Source: Octopus vulgaris (taxonomy: Eukaryota). From it: a stretch of 64,000 nt of DNA. Under the pieces are notes generated by a model. That model was given only the letters and a program-made list of their open reading frames with translations. It did not search any database and was not told the origin of the DNA. The stretch is from the NCBI GenBank assembly GCA_951406725.2, contig OX597817.1:13702001-13766000 (forward strand), in the 5' to 3' direction. The position numbers and the translations under genes were made by a program. The stretch's first letter is position 1. Every line of letters starts with the position of its first letter. This document shows, one piece after another, positions 25,046-37,499 of the stretch.

Positions 25046-25865
25046 GTAATGTTTATAATGAATAGCCATGCCTCTTGCGAGAAATGCTACGGTTGTGCTG
25101 AAGAAATACGAGTTTGGTACACAGCATGTCCGTTGCTATAAATTGTAAGAACTCGGAGCTACAGAGCTAGGGAACTTATTGCTTGTGGACGGAGCAAATG
25201 GAAAAAGGAAGGAAATTCATAAAGGAATACTGTTTCCTTTTTTTTCTTTTTTTTTTGCCGAATTTTTTTTTCCATTTCTTTTCATTTTTTTTTTTGCCGA
25301 ATTTTTTTTATTCTATTTTATTTTATTCCAAAGAGACGGGACTACAATACAAAACAAAACAACAAAAAAAAACAATAATAATAATAACAAGAAGAAGAAA
25401 AGGAGTAAACAGTCGACTAGACGGGTGTTATGAACATAATTACGTGGTAAGGTGGAGAGGTTAAGCAGTAGCAGCAGCGGGGGTGGGACGTATTGGGAAG
25501 AGGATGCCTGACGGTCTGAAGCAAAGCAAATTAGGTCATTGACTGGCGAAACAATCTTGTTTAGCATGCGTGAGGCTGAACTATCGATGTTAAGCAGGGA
25601 AGCGTGCCCCTAAACACTGCCACCCTTAGTAACTGGTATTTGGACATTAGCGAAAGAAAAGCAAGTGTCCTAAAGCATATTTGCTAGTATTGTTGATGTC
25701 GAATTAAAGACTGCCTCAAGTAAACAATATCAAACATTTAAAAAGCATTTGGGGAGTAAAAAAATGATAATTAGTAGAATTATTGATTAATACCGATGCT
25801 GAAATGGATGCTTCATTTATCAAATTTAAGAGAAGAATATTTAAATAAATATGGGGTTTCGAGTT

Positions 25866-26068
25866 TACTCTCTCTCTCTTTTACTTGTTTCAGTCATTTG
25901 ACTGCGGCCATGCTGGAGCACCGCCTTTTTTAATCGACCAACTCGACCCCGGGACTTATTCTTTTTATTGTAAGCCCAGTACTTATTCTATCGGTCTCTT
26001 TTTGCCGAACCGCTAAGTAACGGGGACATAAACACACCAGCATCGGTTGTCAAGCAATGCTAGGGGGA

Positions 26069-26120
<52 letters not shown>

Positions 26121-26122
26121 TA

Positions 26123-26155
<33 letters not shown>

Positions 26156-26562
26156 CTCTTTTACTCTTTTACTTGTTTCAGTCATTTGACTGCGGCCATG
26201 CTGGAGCACCGCCTTTTTAATCGAGCAACTCGACCCCGGGACTTATTCTTTTTGTAAGCCCAGTACTTATTCTATCGGTCTCTTTTTGCCGAACCGCTAA
26301 GTGACGGGGACGTAAACACACCAGCATCGGTTGTCAAGCAATGCTAGGGGGACAAACACAGACACACAACACACACATATATATATATATACATATATAC
26401 GACAGGCTTCTTTCAGTTTCCGTCTACCAAATCCACTCACAAGGCTTTGGTCAGCCCGGGGCTATAGCAGAAGACACTTACCCAAGATGCCACGCAGTGG
26501 GACTGAACCCGGAACCATGTGTTTGGTTAGCAAGCTACTTACCACACAGCCACTCCTGCGCC
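25866..26562 (-). mobile_element. Two adjacent family A SINEs (partial 25866-26120, full 26155-26562)
   Basis: Consensus matches joined through a (CA)/(TA) tract. Confidence 0.9.
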
Positions 26563-26773
26563 TTTGATTATTTTTCTAGTAAGAAATTGTTTCTATAACA
26601 AATGAAAAGTTTATTTTATTTGTTTTATTTCATTTAAACATATTTTTTTAACGTAGGTCTTTCTCACGTAAACACAGAAAATAAATATTATTTGCAGCAG
26701 AGAAGAAACGAAATTACGTGGCTCTCATGCGTTTCTCATGAGAACCAAAAATGAAAGTCAAATAGTCGCATTC

Positions 26774-27005
26774 GGAATTAAAACGGAATCGCAGGCTCAG
26801 TTCATCTTGACCTTGGAGCTTAGTGTCCGTAGGAATTAAAACGGAATCGCAGGCTCAGTTCATCTTGACCTTGGAGCTTAGTGTCCGTAGGAATTAAAAC
26901 GGAATCGCAGGCTCAGTTCATCTTGACCTTGGAGCTTAGTGTCCGTAGGAATTAAAACGGAATCGTAGGCTCAGTTCATCTTGACCTTGAACCTAGTGTC
27001 CGTAG
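26774..27005. repeat. 58-bp minisatellite, 4 copies
   Basis: Unit ggaattaaaacggaatcgcaggctcagttcatcttgaccttggagcttagtgtccgta starts at 26774, 26832, 26890 and 26948. Confidence 0.96.
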
Positions 27006-27139
27006 TCACTTCCTATTTATCTCGTCATTATAAACCTCTGTTACATTACCCCATGCACAAATACTGGCGTTAACATTTGCGTAAGTTTTTTCTTAATTTT
27101 CAATTTAAAAGTACAGGCATTAAAAAAAACAATAATTGA

Positions 27140-27306
27140 AAGGAGTGGCTGTGTGGCAAGTAGCTTGCTAGCCAACCACATGGTTCCGGGTTCAGTCCCA
27201 CTGCGTGGCACCTTGGGCAAGTGTCTGCTACTATAGCCTCAGGCCGACCAATGCCTTGTGAGTGGATTTGGTAGACGGAAACTGAAAGAAGCCTGTCGTA
27301 TATATG

Positions 27307-27349
<43 letters not shown>

Positions 27350-27570
27350 CTGTGTTTGTCCCCCTAGCATTGCTTGACAACCGATGCTGGTGTGATTACG
27401 TCCCCGCCACTTAGCGGTTCGGCAAAAGCGACCGATAAAATAAAGTACTGGGCTTACAAAAAGAATAAGTTCCGGGGTCGATTTCCTCGACTAAAAGGCG
27501 GTGCTCCAGCATGGCCGCAGTCAAATGACTGAAACAAGTAAAAGAGTAAAGAGTAAAGAGTAAAGAGTAA
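27140..27570 (+). mobile_element. SINE family A
   Basis: Consensus match with (AAAGAGT)n tail. Confidence 0.92.
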
Positions 27571-27889
27571 AGTTCCAGCAACAGATAAAGAGTAAAGTTC
27601 CTACATACAGTGTCGTAGCTCAAGCTGGATCTGCCGCCCGGGTGGTCCTTGAGTCGGTCGCACCCTGAAAAACATAAAACATAAAGTGCTCCCCCCTACT
27701 TCATACCAAAATGCCCTCCGGAACAGACTCCAATCTTCTTCCCCACCCAACCCTTTAACTATCCTAGGGTGTACATAATTAGTTGTGGGTGGGTGGGTGG
27801 TTCTCTAGATGAGATACGGGGTAACTTATTAACGTTAGGTTCTTGCAGAGCTTGTTTTGTGAAGCTGGTTAAGCTTTTGGTAGAACGTC

Positions 27890-28125
27890 TACTCTTTACT
27901 CTTTACTCTTTACTCTTTTACTTGTTTCAGTCATTTGACTGCGGCCATGCTGGAGCACCGCCTTTAGTCGAGCAACTCGACCCCGGGACTTATTCTTTTG
28001 TAAGCCCAGTACTTATTTTATCGGTCTCTTTTGCCGAACCGCTAAGTAACGAGGACGTAAACACACCAGCATCGGTTGTCAAGCAATGCTAGGGGGACAA
28101 ACACAGACACACAAACACACACACG

Positions 28126-28167
<42 letters not shown>

Positions 28168-28328
28168 TACGACGGGCTTCTTTCAGTTTCCGTCTACCAA
28201 ATCCACTCACAAGGCTTTGGTCGGCCCGAGGCTATAGAAGACACTTGCCCAAGGTGCCACGCAGTGGGACTGAACCCGGAACCATGTGGTTGGTAAACAA
28301 GCTACTTACCACACAGTCACTCCTGCGT
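27890..28328 (-). mobile_element. SINE family A
   Basis: Consensus match in reverse. Confidence 0.92.
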
Positions 28329-28916
28329 TTGTGTATTCATCTATTATCTATTTATTTATTTATTTATTTATTTATTTATACAACTAATTACAATGAGATG
28401 TCAGTTTCATACATGTGTGTTTACTTTAAAACAAAGGTCTTTAAACAGGGTGGTTACGCCTCAGGGTAGATAATTTGGTTAGTATTTAGGCGGGCGACAG
28501 GGTTTATTTAATGTTTGTAAATGATCGTAGGTAGAAGAGTCTGCCAAGGCACTTTCATTTGAAAAACAATAAAATGTTTGAATTGCCTGACATTTCGTAT
28601 GGTTCCCTTATATAAAGAAGTCATCGAGTCGTTGCTTGGGCTGACCGACCGGAAATTCGTCTGTGTTAAGCGATAGGAATATTTTACGAGTATTTTATAG
28701 ATATATTGTACTTTATTGTACTTTATTGTATGTTAGTCTTGGTTAGCTTGCTTCAGCACACTTATGACATATGTACAGGTGACTGAGGGAGTGAAACATT
28801 TGTCCAGCGTTATAACCGTAGCCACACCATTTTTATTACAATTACGTTGTCCTAAGATCAAGGATTTGAGACATCTGGCTTCTGCTTTTAAGAATTAACG
28901 AGATTTAAAGGCTATA

Positions 28917-29310
28917 TCTATATATAGAGAGAGAGCTGAAGTTGTCTGTGTGTGGCAGGTTTGGTAGCCTTCAACTAATACTATCTCCTCCGAGACCCTG
29001 TGGCGCAAGTTGACCAAAATTGAGAGTATGATAGAAGAAGGCTTGCTCTTCATTCCGTAGAAGAAAAAGTTCAAATCGGACCATGTTAAGACCAAAAATT
29101 ATTTACATCAAAAAGGTACTTTTTTTCTATGAAAATCCTCTTTTTTAACGACTTTTTGACTGTTGTGTCGCCATTTTTCGGTGTATTTCAACCAGAAAAA
29201 TGTTCACTTAAAGTGAATATCAAGCTACATAACGCAAAAGTTTTACTTTTCAAAAATTCCAATTCTAAAGGGTCGAAACAAACCCGAGCAACGCCAGGCG
29301 ATACTGTTAG
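28917..29310 (+). mobile_element. Non-autonomous Helitron
   Basis: A|TC 5' end; subterminal hairpin cccgagcaacgccagg; 3' end gttag|T; same 3' end as 42039-42430. Confidence 0.75.
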
Positions 29311-29410
29311 TTCAACACTAAAAAAATGGCTTCGTCATTGGAGATGTTTCTTCCTAAGATTTCTTTATTATTAAGATTGGACTGTTGAGATCTAAGGTGT
29401 TATATAATTC

Positions 29411-29852
29411 GGATCTTTTCGGTTTGAACGGCAGTTTTTAAAAATAATTTCCACGTAACTAAACACTTTTAAACTTCGTATGCTGGTAGAATGTGTTTAT
29501 AAAACATCTTTTTCTCTTGGCTTTATTGAGAAAATTCTATAGTTTGTAAGATATTTGTTGTTGTTTTTCTTCAATTTCTGCAATTTCAACCAATCAATGA
29601 CGTCTATTGAGGTGAAAACAGTCTGTGCCGTATGAAAATGTCCCTCGTTTAAGAAACAGATTGAGTTTATTTACATTTCTGAAGAAAAAAAACCTTCCCC
29701 CCACCCTTAACCCTAACCCTAATCCTAACCCTAACTAACACTAACTCTAACTCTAACCCTAAAATTGATTGAAATGCAATAGGGTCATAATTATGGGTGA
29801 CAATTTCATATGACACCGCTAGAAAAAACTGCCGTTCAAACCGAAAAGATCC
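29411..29852. mobile_element. MITE with 29-bp TIRs, 8-bp TSD and internal (CCCTAA)n-like tract
   Basis: ggatcttttcggtttgaacggcagttttt / aaaaactgccgttcaaaccgaaaagatcc; flanks tataattc / cataattc. Confidence 0.9.
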
Positions 29853-30079
29853 CATAATTCTGTTCATCCTTCAGAAAATTTGAACTCTTAATGAAAATGT
29901 ATAAATTGTATTAAATAAAAGTAATAACAACTTAAACTGCACAGGAAATTCTATATTCTATCCATTTTAGATCATGTATTTGTGTTTTTTTTTAAAGTCA
30001 GATATAAGTACGTTACTATAAAAATCCGAGCTTATCAAAAAGCCTGTGTTGTAGGTACACGAATCTTCTGAGAAGTATT

Positions 30080-30303
30080 TATTTCTTTACTACCCACAAG
30101 GGGCTAAACACAGAGAGGACAAACAAGGACAGACAAACGGATTAAGTCGATTACATCGACCCCAGTGCGTAACTGGTACTTAATTTATCGACCCCGAAAG
30201 GATGAAAGGCAAAGTCGACCTCGGTGGAATTTGAACTCAGAACGTAGCGGCAGACAAAATACGGCTGCACATTTCGCCCGGCGTGCTAACGTTTCTGCCA
30301 GCT
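30080..30303 (-). mobile_element. SINE family B
   Basis: Consensus match in reverse. Confidence 0.9.
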
Positions 30304-31018
30304 CTGCTCAAACGTGTTACCGTCTAATATGTAGCAATGTGGTTGACATTTAGAAACTCTACAGCTGATCTAACTTAAGTAAATGAAACGCTTTTAGTTT
30401 TACCATTAAGTGTTTCCCTGCATAAGATGTGTATTGAATAAGGGTTTCTTGGTGCGAAACCATAGCCAAGGAGATAGAAATTAAACATTTTGTTCAAGTA
30501 AAAAAGACAACAACACTTGTAGTTGGAATCAAATTTACAGGTTTGATATCATGCAACTTGTACCATATTCATTAAGTTAATGGTTTTTTCCTTAATCATT
30601 GAATGTCTCTTATTTCGCCCGGAGGATGCGATGTAATATGTTGATCTAATTTCAATATATAACTCCTAATTGATTGATGGTCATTGGAATAAAAGGTAAA
30701 ATCAAAATCATTTCTCTATATTCGCATTCGATATCACTGTAATGGATTTTATTGTAACTAGGCTGCCAATGCCGGGACTATTTTGTTCCTCTGGGTTTCT
30801 ATTTTGAAAATATTTTATCATCTAGGGTTTTATAATCTGTATGTGTGTGTGTCATTTATGACAACCAACCATGCCATTGTGTGACTTTTATAAGAGTAGT
30901 CCCATCGTTTCTGTCGTCATAACTTTGTTACATTTGTATATTATTTGCACTTCGTAGTAATGAATGATAAAATGCAAGCTACCGATAAAATTAAATTGGT
31001 ATGCATAATCATTCAATG

Positions 31019-31428
31019 GGCGTAGGAGTGGCTGTGTGGTAAGTAGCTTGCTTACGAACCATATGATTCCGGGTTCAGTCCCACTGCGTGGCACCTTGGG
31101 CAAGTGTCTTCTACTATAGCCTCGGGCCAACCAAAGCCTTGTGAGTGGATTTGGTAGACGGAAACTGAAAGAAGCCTGTCGTATATATGTATATATATTT
31201 GCATGTGTGTGTATATGTTTGTGTGCCTGAGATTGTCCCCCCAACATCGCTTGACAACCGATGCTGGTGTATTTACGTCCCCGTAACTTACCTGTTCAAC
31301 AAAAGAGGCCGATAGAATATGTACTAGGCTTACAAAGAATAAGTCCTGGGGTCGATTTGCTCGACTAAAGGCGGTGCTCCAGCATGGCCACAGTCAAATG
31401 ACTGAAACAAGTAAAAGAGTAAAAGAGT
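31019..31428 (+). mobile_element. SINE family A
   Basis: Full-length consensus match. Confidence 0.92.
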
Positions 31429-31705
31429 ATTCAAATAAGAATGACGGCAAAATCTTATTTTGAAGGATTGGTTCCAAAAACATAACAATTATAAAGAAGA
31501 TAGCGGCTGTAAATGCCACAATCTTACTCAAAGAAATATGAATAATCCATGTTAAGGAAACCCACCATTTATGTCAGACATAAGAACTGCTTTGATACGG
31601 TTAAATCTAGCGCTGATGTTCCTTGTGGCAAAGAAATTAATGGAAAGTGAACAAACAGCGAAAAGGGATGTACATATTACTTGATATTTTAGTGAACATC
31701 TCATT

Positions 31706-32140
31706 CACTCTTTCTCTTTATTTTCTCTTTTCTCTTTCTCTTTTCTCTTTTACTTGTTTCAGTCATTTGACTGTGGCCATGCTGGAGCACCGCCTTTAAT
31801 CGAGCAAATCGACCCCGGGACTTATTCTTTGTAAGCCCAGTACTTATTCTATCGGTCTCTTTTTTGCCGAACCGCTAAGTGACGGGGACGTAAACACACC
31901 AGCATCGGTTGTCAAGCAATGCTAGGGGGACAAACACAGACACACAAACACGCACATATATATATATATACATATATACGACAGGCTTCTTTCAGTTTCC
32001 GTCTACCAAATCCACTCACAAGGCATTGGTCGGCCGGGGCTATAGCAGAAGACACTTGCCCAAGGTGCCACGCAGTGGGACTGAACCCAGAACCATGTGG
32101 TTGGTTAGCAAGCTACTTACCACACAGCCACTCCTGCGCC
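31706..32140 (-). mobile_element. SINE family A
   Basis: Full-length consensus match in reverse. Confidence 0.92.
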
Positions 32141-33098
32141 TCTTTGCAAACAATGATAATTTTCTGATTATTTGTAAGTTTGTTAAAAAATTATCAATGA
32201 GAAGAACAAAACTTCCATTTGTTATTCAGAATGGATGTGTCTATCATTCTTTCGCTTTTTGCGTTGGCCTTGCTGTAAGCGTATTCCCTTTACATTTAGA
32301 GGCTTTCACAAAAGATTTAACTTGTCACTTTTCTTGCGGCAGCAGGAGATAAAGGGTGATCACACTTACACAAAAGTTGTTGCGGTAACCTATCACAAAA
32401 TATTTTAACTTATACAAAGCGCATTTCTCGATATTTTGATGGTCTATTCCTTTATTTCGGAAGTGAATCGAAAGTTGATAAAGTTGATGATGCCGAGAGA
32501 ATCTAAAACGTATTAAGCAGTCATGGAATCAAACATTCTGTTTTCTCTTCAGTATGTAATGCTACAGAAGGTGAATTTAATGAATATTGAATTCCAATCT
32601 CAGCATTTCAGTTTTACATCTATATTTAATGACATTATCAGAATACAAAAATCATTTATTAGAGATGAATTATTATTGAAAAACATTAAATCATGAGAAA
32701 TAGATCGAAGCAATAAAACTAATTACAAAAATATTAATAATGCTTACTTTGGAGGAAAGACAACAACGTATTTAATGAGTTAACTTTTTGATGATGAAAA
32801 CAATATAAGAATGTTTAAAACTGATTGTTTGAAATTCCTAGCGGAAATTCAAATACGTAAAAGTCTTCCTGTTAATGAAGATGGAATTATTGCTACCTCA
32901 AGATGCTAGGCCCAAAGATAGCTTATAATCGCAGCATATATCCTACGTCTATCGTTTCACTAACAGTTCACATCAGAAAGTAATCTAAATGTTCTTGATG
33001 ATCAATGGAAAAGTTATCATTTAAAAGCAGACAATTTACCAATCTCCCCAGAAAATATCCCTGGTTACTGTTAAAAGTTAAATGACATAAAAGATGAA

Positions 33099-33299
33099 CT
33101 TCAAATTTTGGCACAAGGCCAGTAATTTCATTGGATGGGATAAGTCGATTAATGCTCAACTGGTAGTTATTTTATCGACCCGAAAGGATGAAAGGCAAAG
33201 TCGACCTAGGTGGAATTTGAACCGAGAACGTAACGACAGACGAAGTGCCGCTAAGCGTTTGCCCCCGGCATACTAACGATTATGCTAGCTCACCGTCTT
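33099..33299 (-). mobile_element. SINE family B, alternative tail
   Basis: Core match with the caaattttggcacaagg tail. Confidence 0.82.
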
Positions 33300-33318
33300 A
33301 AGTGGAAGACTAATTATG

Positions 33319-33473
33319 TGTGGCTGTGTGGTAAGTAGCTTGCTTACCAGCCTCATGGTTCCGGGTTCAGTCCCACTGCGTGGCACCTTGGGCAAGTGTC
33401 TTCTACTATAGCTTCGAGCCGACTAAAGCCCTGTGAGTGGATTTCGTAGACAGAAACTGAAAGAAGCATGTCG

Positions 33474-33551
<78 letters not shown>

Positions 33552-33567
33552 TGTATGTATGTATGTA

Positions 33568-33606
<39 letters not shown>

Positions 33607-33836
33607 GTGTGTTGATGTTTGTGTGTCTGTGTTTGTCCCCCCCCACATCGCTTGACAACCGATGCTGGTGTGTCTACGTCCCCGTAACTTAGCGGTTCGG
33701 CAAGAGGGACCGATAGAATAAGCACTAGGCTTCCAAAGAATAAATCCTGGGGTCGATTTGTTCGACTAAAGGCGGTGCTCCAGCATGGTCACAGTCAAAT
33801 GACTGAAACAATTAACAGAATAAAAGAATAAAAGAA
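33319..33836 (+). mobile_element. SINE family A with expanded internal microsatellite
   Basis: Consensus halves separated by ~140 bp of TA/TATG/TG repeat. Confidence 0.92.
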
Positions 33837-34287
33837 TATTTTTAAATCTGATATTTTTCTAATCCTAGTTTTGCTTTTGAATCTGGTGTTTTACCTCATC
33901 TTGATTACAGGTTTTCCAGAAAATCTCACTGCTCATCTTGCCTGTAACCATTAGATAGTTAAAGCACCACTGAACATGTCAGGTTATAGTCTTCCACACA
34001 TTGAGAGAAGAATTTTCAGTTCAGCTAACGAAACATTTGCACTATTCCTCTCTGTTTCCTGCGCTCGGCCAACCATATTTTCATCGGCGACCTAATTACA
34101 GTTCAGTTGGTAGAGGTATTGATAGTTAAACATTTCCCCTTAGACACAGAGCAATGCGAAGATAGGACACAAATCAGTATCACCTGATCTGGAAAGCCGA
34201 TACTCTATCGACTTAATCAGCTGTTACAAAATGCTTGTAACACACACACACACACACACACATTATATGAATGTATATATGTATGTG

Positions 34288-34598
34288 TGGAGGCGCAATG
34301 GCCTAGTGGTTAGGGCAGCGAACTCGCGGTCGTAGGATCGCGGTTTCGATTCCCAGACCGGGCGTTGTGTGTGTTTATTGAGCGAAAACACCTTAAAAGC
34401 TCCCCGAGGCTCCGGCAGGGGGTGGTGGTGATCCCTGCTGTACTCTTTCACCACTCTTTCTCTCACTCTTTCTTCTGTTGGTCTGCTCGCTTAGCCAGCG
34501 GGGTGGCGTCATTCGAAGGCTAAAACAATGCGAACGCATTGTGACCAGCGATGTGTAGCAACATCTGATGGTCTGGTCGGTCACGTGATCACGTGATA
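34288..34598 (+). mobile_element. Family C SINE head with a different 3' tail
   Basis: Family C 5' region, then gcggggtggcgtcatt...ggtcacgtgatcacgtgata instead of the usual tail. Confidence 0.88.
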
Positions 34599-34871
34599 TA
34601 TGTATGTATGTAAGTATGTATGTATGTATGCATGTCTGCATGTAAGGTGTTTTTACCAAATTTTATGTCTTTTTTTGTCTTAGTGAACGGTTAACGGCGT
34701 TGGAGAGCATGAAGATCAAAGTTGTGGTTGAAAAAAAAAATTAGCTGACATGGAGGACTGGAAGCCATCTGAATACTGGAAAAGAGCTGTGTGTACCATA
34801 ATGATTCGTGTCTGGTGTCAAAATGCGGATAGCGTGGCTGTTGCTCAATGCCCTCTGAACACATAATAAAG

Positions 34872-35577
34872 TAGTGGTTCTCAACTGGGGTCCATGTGGC
34901 CCTTCTGAGTCCACATAAGATTTTGGGGAGTCCACATAATAAAGTAATAAAACGGGAATCCACAACAATATTTTAAGGGCCCTTAAAGAAATATGCTTTA
35001 GATGTACACTTGCGTCAGAAATTAATTAGCACTTCTCAAATTTCTGCATTAAATAGGTTAAATCAATTAACCTATGAGCTGTTCAAAACGTCTTACGCGA
35101 TTAGAAAACTTAGTATGGTGTGATTTCGGTCCTTGCGAGGCGCTACCTATATCTATTAAACAAAGGAAGATTTGTCTGCATCCGCACTCCAAGTTGTTGT
35201 TGCACTGCTATGTCAACATCATAAGGCTGTAGACTCTCAAACTGCTCTGCAAACAAAGTTACGTCATCGTTCTGTGCAACAGTGAACTCGCAACAAAGCA
35301 ATAGTTCGAGATATGGCCACTAGGTGACAGCACATACCTTGAGTGAAGAGCAAATCAAGGGTGCTAATTAATTTCTGACGGTAGTGTATGTATTGATATG
35401 TATTGGAAGAAACTGACAGGTTTCTTTCTCTAACATTTTACATAGTTCAATTTACACACGTTAATGTGTGAAAAACAAAATAGGAATTTTGAAAGAAACT
35501 ATAAAACTAGCTTTTAAACATTGAATGACAATGGTAATCAAAGGGGTCCATTGATAAGAAATGGTTGAGAACTCCTG
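34872..35577. mobile_element. hAT (Charlie-like) non-autonomous element
   Basis: Termini tagtggttctcaactgggg / ggttgagaactcctg; partial 8-bp TSD taataaag / ctgtaaag. Confidence 0.65.
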
Positions 35578-35599
35578 CTGTAAAGTCCGTAAAACGTAA

Positions 35600-36660
35600 A
35601 ATGGACATCTGCAAAAGAGACCCGAAGCTGTGTTCAGCGTCCGCATGCCGAAATTCATCTTCGCATCTTTGAACAAGAACTTAGGCTCAATTCAAACGAC
35701 TGTGTGATGCTGCTGGAATCTGGTCAATCTCTGACTAGAGACAGGGTTGCTGTTGAAAGGTCAAATGCATATGGAGGGTGTTCGGGCTAAATTTGACAGT
35801 TTCATTAAACGAAAAGAAAACACAACATCCCATCCAAAATTAATGCAGTATTCGGTTCTTTGCCACACCTCCAGAAAGAATCAGAGGTGGTTGTCGGAGA
35901 ATTTCTACGACCTCACCAGCCCCAGTTTCTGGCCTCCTAATTCCGCTAATTATAATCCCATGTATTACCGTGGGGGCAGAACATGGTTGAGTAGGGTTAA
36001 GGCGGCGAGCTGGCAGAAACGTTAGCACGCTGGGCGAAATGCTTAGCGGTATTTCGTCTGCCACTACGTTCTGAGTTCAAATTCCGCCGAGGTCGACTTT
36101 GCCTTTCATCCTTTCCGGGTCGATTAAATAAGTACCAGTTACGCACTGGGGTCGATACAATCGACTTAATCCGTTTGTCTCTCCTTGTTTGTCCCCTCTG
36201 TGTTTAGACCCTTGTGGGTAGTAAAGAAATAGGTATTTCGTCTGTCAATACGTTCTGAGTTCCAATTCCGCCGAGGTCGACTTCGCCTTTCATCCTTTCG
36301 GGGTCGATAAAGAAGTACCAGTTACGCACTGGGGTCGATATAATCGACTTAATCCGTTTGTCTGTCCTTGTTTGTCCCCTCTGTGTGTAAACCCTTGTGG
36401 GCAGTAAAGAAATAAAAACGTGGTTGAGCAGGACATGAGGACTGAGCTGGTGTTCAAGATCAAGGAGGTGTTCGAAGATCTTCCGAGAAACTCAGTGAGG
36501 AACGCATGCGCCAGGCTTCGGAACTGTCTTGAGGTTGAGGTGGAAGCTGAGGTTGGCTACTTTGAGTAAATTGTTGTTTCCCAGACATAATCTAGCTGAT
36601 ATTTAAAAAAAAATATATTTATTGTGGGATGGGATACTGTTTTAATAAATCTCTAAACAG
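35600..36660 (+). mobile_element. maT/Tc1-like transposase relic interrupted by a SINE dimer
   Basis: WLSENFYDLTSPSFWPPNSANYNPMYY motif; same family as 18030-18602. Confidence 0.7.
36000..36413 (+). mobile_element. SINE family B head-to-tail dimer
   Basis: Full unit followed by a second unit starting gtatttcgtctg; degenerate TSD aac(a/g)tggttgag(t/c)agg. Confidence 0.92.
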
Positions 36661-37114
36661 TAGCTGCACGACAATGTGAAGTATATTTGCCACTAAAATG
36701 TGGCTAACCCCTAAGGGTGGATGCTACTGTAGCTTGTAGCCCCAGGAGAACATCTTCTCCATCTGGCTATTGACACACTTTCAGTGCCCTATCAGTATTT
36801 GCAAAGGGAAGCTATCCATCCCATCGTCGGCCTGACGTGATACGCACGGACTCGGGTTTCTGGGTATTTACTCGTCGTCAGCGCACGACAATCACCGGTC
36901 TTCGATGCGAAGGGGTCCCAATGCAAACACATATATCCTTTTTCCAGTGACAAAAAGTCACTGATCTCGAAAAAGTGTAAACAACCAATAATAAATCTCT
37001 GAACGAAGTAGCCTGAACACCTTGTATATGCATATGTATATAAATATAAATATGAATATGAATATACGTATACACTCACAGACACACACACAATCACATA
37101 TGCTTATAAATATT

Positions 37115-37499
37115 TGGAAGCACTCCGTCGGTTACGACGACGAGGGTTCAGGTTGATCCGAATCAACGGAACAGCCTGCTCGTGAAATTAACGTGTAAGT
37201 GGCTGAGCACTCCACAGACACGTGTACCCTTAACGTAGTTCTCGGGGATATTCAGCGTGACACAGAGAGTGACAAGGCCGGCCCCTTTGAAATACAGGTA
37301 CAACAGAAACGGGAAGTAAGAGTGAGAGAAAGTTGTGGTGAAAGAGTACAGCAGGGATCACCACCATCCCCTGCCGGAGCCTCGTGGAGCTTTTTAGGTG
37401 TTTTCGCTCAATAAACACTCACAACGCCCGGTCTGGGAATCGAAACCGCGATCCTACGACCGCGAGTCCGCTGCCTAACCACTGGGCCATTGCGCCTCC
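37115..37499 (-). mobile_element. SINE family C, full length
   Basis: Consensus match; TSD cttataaatat. Confidence 0.93.

Noticed and set aside
26774-27005. CRISPR-like array
   Set aside because: The units are contiguous and nearly identical with no unique spacers, and the context is eukaryotic.
29704-29762. Chromosome end or fusion scar
   Set aside because: The tract is short, degenerate and enclosed within a TIR element.
34288-34365. tRNA-Arg gene
   Set aside because: The A/B boxes belong to a SINE head that continues into the family body; the cloverleaf is not intact.
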